Of a stretch of 45,719 nucleotides of DNA, positions 27,921 to 36,594 are shown in pieces. Where the stretch lies: positions 1 to 45,719 of the IMG/VR virus record IMGVR_UViG_3300031519_004485. One strand, 5' to 3'. Numbering within the stretch: the first letter of the stretch is position 1; the number at the start of each line of letters is the position of its first letter. The position numbers and the translations under genes are program-made. The notes under the pieces are model-generated. The model saw only the letters and a list, made by a program, of their open reading frames with translations. It was not told the DNA's origin and made no database searches. The DNA comes from a virus (Duplodnaviria > Caudoviricetes).

Positions 27921-29141
27921 ATGATTACAATTGAAGATTACATAGAAACACTTACTGGATTGCAAGAAACAGATGTAGACTGTAACTTTTCCATTATTCG
28001 ATCTGACTATAGTCTTGTAACTAGTTTAGCTAAACAAACTGTTAAAGGAATAGGATTAACAGATCGGCAATACGAGTTAACAAAACTAAAACTGTTAGAT
28101 TACAAAGAGCAATTTGAATCTAATGGGTTTCATAATATAGACGACAATTTTAATAATTTACGTATACCAATTCGAAGTATAGATAGAAGTCGTTGGATTA
28201 AAATTGTCGAAGACTCTGATCGCAAATACATTGGTGTTAGATTTACGTTTAACAAAAAATTAATTAGTGCATTAGAGACAATGTCTTCTATTGAAGTGAA
28301 AACAATGTACGACAGTGAAAACAAGGTTCATTTTTATGAGCTTACTGAAATAAATGTTTATAAAATTATATCAGTGCTAGCAGACAAAAACTTTGTAATA
28401 GAATCTAAATTACAAGAAATTTTTAATATACTACAGGATATCAGTAATAACAAGGATGAATATATTCCTGGAATATATAATTTTAAATTAAAGAATTTAC
28501 ATCAACGAGCAATAGATTATATTGTGTCAGATATTGGTCTTCCTAATAAACAAAATCTTTCAATATTAAAAGATAGACATCGGCTTTATGGTTTAACACA
28601 TTTTGATAACAGTGCGTTGGAAGAAAGTTTAAACAATGTTACTGCACTTTCTAAAAAAATTGTCAAGCGTAATACTAGTACAGTGTTTATTAGTAATAAT
28701 ACCTGGTCGTTTAATCAAGTAATTGAAAGTATTATAGAGTTAGATCGATTTCCAATTGTAATATTAATAGATGAGCAAACTCCTTATGATGACTTAATAT
28801 CTTCGTATGGGCATATTAAAAATATCGTAGACTCAAAAGATGTATCAGTACAGTTTCGTATGCCGTCTAATTTAAGTAACGGGTTTAATGAATTTATTAA
28901 ACTTAACAACTTAAACAATGTTGTTGACAAAAATACTAAAGTAGTGTATACTAGTAAAGATAAGATAAACAAACCGTTAATCAAAAGTAGCTGTAAGCCT
29001 ATATGTGTGTTATCTACTTCTAGCAGTAGAGCTAATAGGCGTATGGAACCTTGGTTAGAATCATTTGATCTTGTTATACAATACGATAATACTGTATCCC
29101 AATTTATGAGATACGGAAAAACAGGAATAGAAGAACTTTAA
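27921..29141 (+). CDS. Hypothetical protein (406 aa) upstream of uvsW
   Basis: Long ORF, GLTDRQ motif, TAATG-coupled to uvsW. Confidence 0.8.
   Translation: MITIEDYIETLTGLQETDVDCNFSIIRSDYSLVTSLAKQTVKGIGLTDRQYELTKLKLLDYKEQFESNGFHNIDDNFNNLRIPIRSIDRSRWIKIVEDSDRKYIGVRFTFNKKLISALETMSSIEVKTMYDSENKVHFYELTEINVYKIISVLADKNFVIESKLQEIFNILQDISNNKDEYIPGIYNFKLKNLHQRAIDYIVSDIGLPNKQNLSILKDRHRLYGLTHFDNSALEESLNNVTALSKKIVKRNTSTVFISNNTWSFNQVIESIIELDRFPIVILIDEQTPYDDLISSYGHIKNIVDSKDVSVQFRMPSNLSNGFNEFIKLNNLNNVVDKNTKVVYTSKDKINKPLIKSSCKPICVLSTSSSRANRRMEPWLESFDLVIQYDNTVSQFMRYGKTGIEEL
28924..28952 (+). promoter_or_regulatory. Intragenic sigma70-type promoter, probably for uvsW
   Basis: TTGACA (28924-28929), 17 nt, TATACT (28947-28952), ~190 nt before the uvsW start. 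Confidence 0.55.
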
Positions 29142-30604
29142 TGGCATCATGTAAATTAATAATCGAAGATGAAGTAAACATTAGGATTGAAGGTCTTGAA
29201 GTAGATGTACGCCGGCAACTTGCAAATGCACTCAAGTTTGAAGTGCCTTATGCAAAGCATATGCCGCAATACAAACTTGGACGCTGGGATGGTAAAGTTG
29301 CTTTCTTTGGCATCGGCGGCAGTGGTTATGTTAATCACTTAGATGTAGTACAACGTGTACTAGCAAAGAACCGAGTACAGATCATTGACATTGAAGACAG
29401 ACGTCAGCCGGTTGATTTAAACTTTAAGCATGTAACAGAAGACTACTGGAAGGACCAAGGAGTTGTTTGGCCTGAAGGACATCCTGCAGAAGGTGAAGAT
29501 ATTATTCTGCGTGACTATCAAGTAGCAGCTATTAATACATTCTTGGATAATCCACAAAGCTTGCAACAGATTGCTACTGGCGCAGGTAAAACTATTACTA
29601 CAGCAACACTATCGCATATAACTGAGCCTTACGGACGTAGTCTTGTAATTGTTCCTAACAAGTCGTTAGTAGAACAAACAGAAGAAGACTATATTAACTG
29701 TGGGCTCGACGTTGGTGTGTACTTCGGCGACAGGAAGATGCTAGGTAAGACTCACACAATTTGCACTTGGCAAAGTTTAAATATACTTGACAAGAAGAAC
29801 AAGGACGGCAGCGCAGTACTAAGCCTTGCAGAGTTCCTTGATGGTGTGAGCACAGTTATTGTCGACGAAGTACACATGGCCAAAGCAGAAGTACTAAAGA
29901 ACTTACTTACACGTAACTTGAAGAACGCTCCGATACGTTGGGGACTAACTGGCACTGTGCCTAGAGAGAAGTTTGAGTTTGAAAGTATTCATGCAAGCTT
30001 AGGTCCGGTTGTTGGAAGCATTACAGCAAAGTCGTTACAGGATCAAGGAGTGCTATCAGCATGCCATGTTAACGTGTGTCAACTGATTGATGTTGTAGCA
30101 CATTCAGACTATCAAGGCGAACTAAAATACCTAACATCAGATCCTAAACGGTTAGCATACATTGCTAAGATGATGAACACTGTATCGCAAACAGGCAACA
30201 CACTAATCTTAGTAGACAGGATTAGCGCAGGACAAACACTAGCAGAACTTATCCCTGGTAGCACTTTCGTAAGTGGTGCAGTTAAAGTGAAAGACAGAAA
30301 ACAAACTTATGATACGATTCGTGAAGGAACAAATGAAGTTATTATTGCGACATATGGTGTCGCTGCGGTGGGCCTTAATATCCCTCGCATTTTTAATCTT
30401 GTACTCTTGGAGCCTGGCAAATCATTTGTAAGAGTAATACAATCAATCGGACGTGGCGTTCGTAAAGCAAAAGACAAAGACTTCGTTCAAATTTGGGACT
30501 TGACATCAACATGCAAGTTTGCGAAGCGACACTTAACTCAGCGTAAGAAATTTTACAAAGAAGCAGAGTACCCATTTACAATTGAGAAAGTGGACTGGAA
30601 CTAA
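29141..30604 (+). CDS. uvsW: SF2 DNA helicase UvsW
   Basis: WDGK, LRDYQ, ATGAGKT, VDEVH, GLTGT, QSIGRGVR. Confidence 0.93.
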   Translation: MASCKLIIEDEVNIRIEGLEVDVRRQLANALKFEVPYAKHMPQYKLGRWDGKVAFFGIGGSGYVNHLDVVQRVLAKNRVQIIDIEDRRQPVDLNFKHVTEDYWKDQGVVWPEGHPAEGEDIILRDYQVAAINTFLDNPQSLQQIATGAGKTITTATLSHITEPYGRSLVIVPNKSLVEQTEEDYINCGLDVGVYFGDRKMLGKTHTICTWQSLNILDKKNKDGSAVLSLAEFLDGVSTVIVDEVHMAKAEVLKNLLTRNLKNAPIRWGLTGTVPREKFEFESIHASLGPVVGSITAKSLQDQGVLSACHVNVCQLIDVVAHSDYQGELKYLTSDPKRLAYIAKMMNTVSQTGNTLILVDRISAGQTLAELIPGSTFVSGAVKVKDRKQTYDTIREGTNEVIIATYGVAAVGLNIPRIFNLVLLEPGKSFVRVIQSIGRGVRKAKDKDFVQIWDLTSTCKFAKRHLTQRKKFYKEAEYPFTIEKVDWN

Positions 30605-31242
30605 TGACATATCCTGTTGAACCAACAATATTTACATCTAACCCATATGATACAGCTTGGTATGATATTGACTTCTTTCATAGTCCAGATGGTAGCGAAC
30701 AATTTCCTAATCATCATTGCAAGCAAACTTGGCTAGCTAGCATCCCTTTTATTACAACTTATAGAAATGCAATTGATATAGGATGTCGTGACGGAGAGTA
30801 TTCTCGCTACTTGCACAAAGACTTTGAGCATGTTTTTTGTTTTGATTATAGACGTCGAAAGTTATTTCATAATAATGTAGACTTAAAAAAGATTACACAT
30901 TTTAAATGTGCGTTAGGCGAAGAAAGTAAAATAATAACCGTTAGCGGTGGCGGAAGTATTACAACTGGAAAGATACCTAAAGAAAAATGGTATGACGAAC
31001 AATTGTACACAGTTGATCAATTTAACTTACCTAACATTGATTATATTAAAATTGATGTTGACGGATTTGAATTGAGAGTATTACAAGGAGCAGTAAATAC
31101 AATAATACAGCATTCTCCTTTGATAGTTTTTGAGCAAGAATCTGATAACAATGATGTTATTAATTTTTGTAAAGAACTAGGTTACGAAACAGCAACATGG
31201 GACCAATCCCATCGAAATATAATAATGAGGAAGATATTGTAA
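30604..31242 (+). CDS. FkbM-family methyltransferase
   Basis: AIDIGCRDG, ALG, IDYIKIDVDGFELRVLQGA..TI....P.IVFE. Confidence 0.85.
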   Translation: MTYPVEPTIFTSNPYDTAWYDIDFFHSPDGSEQFPNHHCKQTWLASIPFITTYRNAIDIGCRDGEYSRYLHKDFEHVFCFDYRRRKLFHNNVDLKKITHFKCALGEESKIITVSGGGSITTGKIPKEKWYDEQLYTVDQFNLPNIDYIKIDVDGFELRVLQGAVNTIIQHSPLIVFEQESDNNDVINFCKELGYETATWDQSHRNIIMRKIL

Positions 31243-31748
31243 TGAGAATACTAACACTAGAAAACGAATGCTTTATTTTAAACAATTTACCAGATGAACT
31301 AGATGAGGATGTAAGATTTAGTGTATTAGATAATTCGGATCCTAAGGAACCTGATTTCTTTTTTATACCATTAATCTTTTTAGAATCTTTTAGCAGTCCA
31401 GCAATTGTAATGGAAATAAACGGACACGAGCTTATGATGCCGATTGACTGGAGTATAGCAGTTGGTGATAGTCAAAGTGGATGTGACTTAGAAATACTTC
31501 CGCTAACAAGTATTAATGATAGAGGATTTGAAGCATTTTTATTTAATCCACGAACCAGTTTTAAGTGCGACTTTGGTACTCTTAAAATAACTAATTTTTA
31601 CAGTGATGTAAAATGGTACTTTCCTAAGATGAAAAATGGTCAGCTACTAAGTGTACCAATTACAGAAGGTAAAAATCCAGACTGTGCATATTTTGTAAAA
31701 GATATAAGCAGACAAAGTGAAGTAATAGATTATAGTCAACTGTTGTAA
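31242..31748 (+). CDS. Hypothetical beta-rich protein (168 aa)
   Basis: Start reassigned to ATG 31242 (TAATG overlap, GAGG RBS). Confidence 0.75.
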   Translation: MRILTLENECFILNNLPDELDEDVRFSVLDNSDPKEPDFFFIPLIFLESFSSPAIVMEINGHELMMPIDWSIAVGDSQSGCDLEILPLTSINDRGFEAFLFNPRTSFKCDFGTLKITNFYSDVKWYFPKMKNGQLLSVPITEGKNPDCAYFVKDISRQSEVIDYSQLL

Positions 31749-31761
31749 GAAAGGAAATATA

Positions 31762-32121
31762 ATGGGAATTAAAGCAGGAAAAGTATGGGGAGCCACAGAG
31801 CTGATCCATGCAAACGGAGCATTAGAGTTTCACCGCATTAACTTTAATGCAGGATTCAAATGCAGTGAACACGCACATGAATTTAAATGGAACGGATTCT
31901 TTGTTGAATCGGGCAAGATGATTGTTCGAGTTTGGCAAGATGATCAAGGACTAGTTGATGAAACTATTCTTGAAGCAGGAGACTTTACGCAAGTGAAGCC
32001 AGGCAAGATTCACCAGTTTGAAGGTTTAGAAGACGGTGTCGCTTTTGAACTATACTGGGCTGAATTTAATCACGATGATATTGTTCGTCGTACTAGTGGC
32101 ACCGAAATAGGAAAGAAATAA
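31762..32121 (+). CDS. Cupin-domain protein (sugar isomerase-like)
   Basis: KVWG, CSEHAHEFKWNGFFVESG, GKIHQF, DDIVR. Confidence 0.8.
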   Translation: MGIKAGKVWGATELIHANGALEFHRINFNAGFKCSEHAHEFKWNGFFVESGKMIVRVWQDDQGLVDETILEAGDFTQVKPGKIHQFEGLEDGVAFELYWAEFNHDDIVRRTSGTEIGKK

Positions 32122-32124
32122 AAT

Positions 32125-32823
32125 ATGTTTAAAAATATTGATAAGAAAATGATGTTAAAACTTGCACTATTGCACGTTGTCATTATCACAATAAGTAACG
32201 CACTAGTTGCTATTCCAGTAGAGATCGCTGGATTTAAATTAACTTGGGCAGCGTTTACGTTTCCACTAGTTATTCTAGCAACTGACTTAACAGTACGTAT
32301 GTTAGGTAAGAACATTGCTCGAGCAACTATTCTAGCAGCGTATCCTATTGCTATCATTGCAAGTATTGCAGTAGTTCTAGCAGAAGGTGCACCAGAAAGT
32401 GTAGCAATGCGTATTGGCTTTGCAAGTGCAACAGCGTATGCAGTAGGTACATTCCTTGATGTATATGTGTTTCAATACTTCCGTGAGAACTGGTCAAAGC
32501 AGTGGTGGATTGCTCCAGCGTTGTCAACAGTTGTTGCAAACGTAATTGATAGTTACACATTCTTTGCAGTTGCGTTTAACAACTCAGCAGATGAGTATAT
32601 GGCTGCTAACTGGATAGAAATTGCTACAAGTCAAGCAGGCTTAAAGATTGCAGTAGGATTAATTATCTTCCTTCCAGCATACGGATTCTTGCTACGTTAT
32701 CTAAATGGCAGACTAGTTGATGCTCCAGTAGAAGCACCAAAGCCAGTAGCTAAGAAGAAAGCACCAGCTAAGAAGAAAGCACCAGCTAAGAAGAAAGCAC
32801 CAGCTAAGAAGAAAGCTGACTAA
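32125..32823 (+). CDS. yhhQ: Queuosine precursor (preQ0/preQ1) transporter, YhhQ/Vut_1 family, with basic tail
   Basis: H..IITISNALV..P, TWAAFTFP.V.LATDLTVR..G..AR, ASATAY..G..LDV.VF, WWIAP..S...N.IDS..FF.VAF match YhhQ; multiple hydrophobic segments. Confidence 0.9.
   Translation: MFKNIDKKMMLKLALLHVVIITISNALVAIPVEIAGFKLTWAAFTFPLVILATDLTVRMLGKNIARATILAAYPIAIIASIAVVLAEGAPESVAMRIGFASATAYAVGTFLDVYVFQYFRENWSKQWWIAPALSTVVANVIDSYTFFAVAFNNSADEYMAANWIEIATSQAGLKIAVGLIIFLPAYGFLLRYLNGRLVDAPVEAPKPVAKKKAPAKKKAPAKKKAPAKKKAD
32749..32816 (+). repeat. 18-bp tandem repeat (~3.8 copies) encoding AKKKAP
   Basis: GCTAAGAAGAAAGCACCA x3 plus partial copy. Confidence 0.95.
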
Positions 32824-32824
32824 T

Positions 32825-33352
32825 ATGTTTAGTCAAAAGTACATAGAAGAGCTTCGCGTAATACATGCTGACACTTCGCGTAAGAAAGGTTTTGGCGGCG
32901 CCCTAAAAAAATTAGGACAGTTTCATAATTACATGGAACAATGGAAGCCTTCTAGTGTACTTGATTACGGCTGTGGTAAAGGAACAATACTTGTTAGTCT
33001 TAGCGAACAATATCCTGATACAAACTTTATAGGTTACGACCCAGCTGTAATACATTATGCTAATACCGCAACTAATGCAGATTGTGTGTTTAGTAATGAT
33101 GTTCTAGAACACATTGAACCAAACCATATTATTAGTGTGCTGACACATATCAATTCACTGTCGGCACACTATGTTTGGTTAAGAATAGATACAATACCTG
33201 CTCGTAAACGATTGTCTGATGGACGCAATGCACATTTGATTTTAGAATCAGCTGAATGGTGGACTGACATTATACAACGTAACATTAGTGGAAAAATTGT
33301 TTATAGCGAATTAACAAAAAAAGGTAAATTTGACATTGCAATTGAAAAATAA
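32825..33352 (+). CDS. Class I SAM-dependent methyltransferase
   Basis: VLDYGCGKG, GYDPA, DVLEHIEP, DGRNAHL. Confidence 0.88.
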   Translation: MFSQKYIEELRVIHADTSRKKGFGGALKKLGQFHNYMEQWKPSSVLDYGCGKGTILVSLSEQYPDTNFIGYDPAVIHYANTATNADCVFSNDVLEHIEPNHIISVLTHINSLSAHYVWLRIDTIPARKRLSDGRNAHLILESAEWWTDIIQRNISGKIVYSELTKKGKFDIAIEK

Positions 33353-33353
33353 A

Positions 33354-33608
33354 ATGATAGAAGGCGAAGCATTATTATACACTCGTGTTGACGGCGTAGT
33401 GTATGCACAGTACCGCGACGCACCACACAGTAAAATTCCACGTTGGGTCATCGGTGGTGATCCTGCGGGAGTTGCTAGAGCACAAGGTGATTTAATAAAC
33501 TATGCTGAGTGGCAAGAGCTATGTGCCCTTAGCTTAGAGTATCCTACATTACGAAAGTTGTTAGATACATTAGTAACAACTTATTATACAGTTAAGGAAA
33601 ACAAATGA
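33354..33608 (+). CDS. Hypothetical protein (84 aa)
   Basis: ATG 33354 follows the previous stop; ATGA-coupled to kdsA. Confidence 0.7.
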   Translation: MIEGEALLYTRVDGVVYAQYRDAPHSKIPRWVIGGDPAGVARAQGDLINYAEWQELCALSLEYPTLRKLLDTLVTTYYTVKENK

Positions 33609-34384
33609 GAATTATAGCAGGACCGTGTCAGCACGAGTCATTGGGACAATCAGCAGCCATTGCAGAGAAGTGTAAAACAGTATGCGACAAGTACGGCATT
33701 GAATACTACTTCAAAGCAAGTTTTGATAAAGCAAATCGTTCTAGCTTAGGCAATAAGCGAGGAGTAGGTATAAATCAAACATTGGCTGACTTTAGACTAC
33801 TTAAAGAAGTGCATGGTGTTAAGACCCTCACAGATGTTCATACGGTAGAGCATTGTAGTCACATTACTTCTTTCTTTAATGATGCAGTAGATGTGCTACA
33901 GATACCTGCTTTCCTTTGCAGACAAACTGACTTGTTACGAGCTGCTTGTGCTACAGATAAAGTTGTTAATATTAAGAAAGGTCAATTCCTTGCACCGTGG
34001 GATATGAAGGGTATATTAACTAAGACAGAAGGTGCTAAAGAGGTTTGGATAACCGAGAGAGGAACAAGTTTTGGATATAACACATTGGTTGTCGACTTCA
34101 CTGGTCTACAATATATGTTGGATAATTTTAGCGAGCCATTGGTGTTCGATTGTACACATGCTGTACAGAAACCGGGCGGGCTCGGCGGATCGTCAGGTGG
34201 TAATCGTGACTACGTCCCTGGCATGGCTCGCGCTGGTAGTGCTTTGGGCATTTCATCTTTCTTTTTAGAAGTACATCCTGACCCAGACAACGCACCTAGT
34301 GACGGACCTAATATGTTACGCTTAGATGACTTTGAAAGTGTAGTAGCAGACATAGTTGCAATCAACAAAGTAGTAGCAGTATGA
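33605..34384 (+). CDS. kdsA: KDO8P synthase (3-deoxy-8-phosphooctulonate synthase)
   Basis: IAGPC, KASFDKANRSS, QIPAFLCRQTDLL, NIKKGQFLAP, ERGTSFGYN, D.THAVQ.PG, EVHPDP..APSDG; the Cys/His/Glu/Asp set suggests the metal-dependent class. Confidence 0.97.
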   Translation: MRIIAGPCQHESLGQSAAIAEKCKTVCDKYGIEYYFKASFDKANRSSLGNKRGVGINQTLADFRLLKEVHGVKTLTDVHTVEHCSHITSFFNDAVDVLQIPAFLCRQTDLLRAACATDKVVNIKKGQFLAPWDMKGILTKTEGAKEVWITERGTSFGYNTLVVDFTGLQYMLDNFSEPLVFDCTHAVQKPGGLGGSSGGNRDYVPGMARAGSALGISSFFLEVHPDPDNAPSDGPNMLRLDDFESVVADIVAINKVVAV

Positions 34385-35073
34385 GCAAGAAAACAGCAAT
34401 ACTAATTCCAGCACGTTACGAAAGCACACGCTTTCCCGGAAAGCCTCTTGCTATGTTAGATGGCGTTCCTATGATAAAACGTGTGTATGACGCTTGTGTT
34501 GCGTCTAAGCTACCAACATACGTGCTTACTGATGATAGACGTATTGCAGATTTAATACCCGATAAGCACTTTTGGATTGATGAACAAGATGAATATGATA
34601 ACGGCACAGAACGGTGTGCTGGCGCTGTGAAATACTGTTCTCAATTAGAACAGTACGATCAATTTATTAATGTGCAAGGTGACATGCCTGACGTAACAAC
34701 GGATATGGTTAACAAATGCATTTCAAGCTTGCAACATTATGCTGTAAGCACAGTGTTTACAAAGATGCCAGAAGAAAAACAAAATGATCCTAACTCAGTT
34801 AAGATGGTACGTGCTGGCGACAGCGCACTTTGGTTTGGTAGAGGTATGACAGGTTACGGCGAATGGCACCTAGGTGTTTACGGATACAAGCGTAATGCAT
34901 TAGAAATGTATCCTAATCTAATTGTAGAACGTGAAGAAGAAGTAGAGAAACTAGAACAACTCCGCTGGTTAAAAAACGGTTGGCAGATCGGCTGTTTGAG
35001 TGTATACTATAATGGAGTAGAGATAAACGCACCAGAGGATGTAGACGAATGGCAGCAGAAAAACTTGCAATAA
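34381..35073 (+). CDS. kdsB: CMP-Kdo synthetase (3-deoxy-manno-octulosonate cytidylyltransferase)
   Basis: IPARYESTRFPGKPLA, GTER, INVQGD.P, HLGVYGY, EKLEQLRWL. Confidence 0.95.
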   Translation: MSKKTAILIPARYESTRFPGKPLAMLDGVPMIKRVYDACVASKLPTYVLTDDRRIADLIPDKHFWIDEQDEYDNGTERCAGAVKYCSQLEQYDQFINVQGDMPDVTTDMVNKCISSLQHYAVSTVFTKMPEEKQNDPNSVKMVRAGDSALWFGRGMTGYGEWHLGVYGYKRNALEMYPNLIVEREEEVEKLEQLRWLKNGWQIGCLSVYYNGVEINAPEDVDEWQQKNLQ

Positions 35074-35516
35074 AAGAAATTCTCAGTTGGATCGATAATG
35101 GGCAAAGTGACATTTGGAATCACTTAGAAGATGATCATAAGAAACAAATTAGCTTTTGGTTATTGAATAGATATGTAGCAAGTGTACAAGGTAGTCGCGA
35201 AAAGCAAGAGCTTGCTATTTTTAAAACCAATGAATACTACAATAAACATTTTAATATAATTGGTGTTGGTAAGGATAACGGACATCAAAAGTTGATGTGG
35301 CAGTTACTATGTATGAGCGGCAATACAGGCAAGAATGAATTTCATCCTTGGATTGGGTTTAAGAAGAAAACTGGCGATAATAATAAAGGCGTAAAGTTAA
35401 TAGAACAACTTCATCCTAATATGAAACAAAACGAGGTTGAAATACTTGCTTCACTATATACAAAAAAAGAACTCAAACAATTGGCTGAGGAACATAACAT
35501 TGACATCAAGCTCTGA
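35049..35516 (+). CDS. Probable clamp loader small subunit (T4 gp62-like)
   Basis: SFWLLNRY, FHPWI, LYTKKELK pattern and size resemble gp62-like proteins. Confidence 0.55.
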   Translation: MAAEKLAIKEILSWIDNGQSDIWNHLEDDHKKQISFWLLNRYVASVQGSREKQELAIFKTNEYYNKHFNIIGVGKDNGHQKLMWQLLCMSGNTGKNEFHPWIGFKKKTGDNNKGVKLIEQLHPNMKQNEVEILASLYTKKELKQLAEEHNIDIKL

Positions 35517-36195
35517 GAAACCATACAAGTGCGATTACTGCGGAAGCAGTTACGTGAGAGAGTCTACTCTTGCAGCGCACATGTGTGAAAAGAAACGCAG
35601 AGCTTTACAAAAAGATGAAAAGCGTGTTCGTTATGGATATTATGCATTTGGAAGATTCTATAAATTAAGTGCAGGAACAAAGAAAGAAAAAACATACGAA
35701 GAGTTTTGTAAGAGCAGTTACTATAATGCATTTGTAAAGTTTGGCAGCTTCCTTAATAATGTTAAGCCGTTGTATCCAGAAAGATATATTGACTATGTTG
35801 TAACTAGCGGAGTAAAACTTGATCATTGGTGCAAAGACGAATTGTATGAAAAATATGCACTAGAGTTTATTCTTAAGGAAGATGTACATACTGCATTAGA
35901 ACGCAGCGTAAAAACAATGTCAGAATGGGCAGTCGAACATCAACCTGCGCCCTGGAATCATTACTTCCAACACATTAGTACTAACCGAGCTGTGTGGGAT
36001 ATTAAAGACGGAAAAATTAGTCCTTGGCTTATACTTAATTGTGCCAGCGGCAAAGATATGTTAGGCAACTTTAACGATGAACAACTAGCATTAGTGTATC
36101 ACGTAATTAATCCAGAACACTGGGCAGTAAGATTTCGACGACTGCCTACTGATGTACAGCTTGTTAAAGATGTTGCAAAGGAAAGTAATTTATGA
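35500..36195 (+). CDS. Hypothetical protein with N-terminal zinc finger
   Basis: EKPYKCDYCGSSYVRESTLAAHMC; probable TTG start at 35500 after GAGG. Confidence 0.75.
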   Translation: MTSSSEKPYKCDYCGSSYVRESTLAAHMCEKKRRALQKDEKRVRYGYYAFGRFYKLSAGTKKEKTYEEFCKSSYYNAFVKFGSFLNNVKPLYPERYIDYVVTSGVKLDHWCKDELYEKYALEFILKEDVHTALERSVKTMSEWAVEHQPAPWNHYFQHISTNRAVWDIKDGKISPWLILNCASGKDMLGNFNDEQLALVYHVINPEHWAVRFRRLPTDVQLVKDVAKESNL

Positions 36196-36377
36196 TCAGA
36201 AAATTATTAGATGGGACAACAGTACCGTCATTAGATATACCAATAGAACTGATTGTTAAAACAAAATGCCCAGGCAAGTATAAACTAGTTGACCTAGAAA
36301 CTGGATTAGAGTATACTGGTGTTATACCAGATTCTAACGACGGATATTTTTGGAAGAGAACCGATGAAGCCCAATAA
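36192..36377 (+). CDS. Hypothetical protein (61 aa)
   Basis: ATGA-coupled ORF; KTKCPGKY.LVDLETG motif. Confidence 0.65.
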   Translation: MIRKLLDGTTVPSLDIPIELIVKTKCPGKYKLVDLETGLEYTGVIPDSNDGYFWKRTDEAQ

Positions 36378-36594
36378 CAACTTTGAACTCACAGTAAGAG
36401 ATATTGAACTCATTGAACGTGCCTTGCAAGGGAAAATATCAAGGCGTGGAGTAAGTGTGGCATTGGATCCTAAGAGTGTATACGCTCCAGAACTACAGGA
36501 AGAGATTGATGAAATGAGAGATCTGTTGGGTCGCATACATCATCAAAAAGTTTGGTACAGACCTAAAGATGGCAGATTCCAAGGAGGTGGCTAA
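36364..36594 (+). CDS. Hypothetical protein (76 aa)
   Basis: Start reassigned to ATG 36364; TAATG-coupled to the DnaE-like gene. Confidence 0.65.
   Translation: MKPNNNFELTVRDIELIERALQGKISRRGVSVALDPKSVYAPELQEEIDEMRDLLGRIHHQKVWYRPKDGRFQGGG

Noticed and set aside
33330-33355. TTGACA before ORF 33354 as a promoter
   Set aside because: Nearest -10-like hexamer is only 14 nt away
19046-35073. Bacterial LPS/capsule locus by contamination or prophage boundary
   Set aside because: Glycan genes are translationally coupled to phage core genes, use phage TAAATA promoters, and no export or housekeeping genes are present
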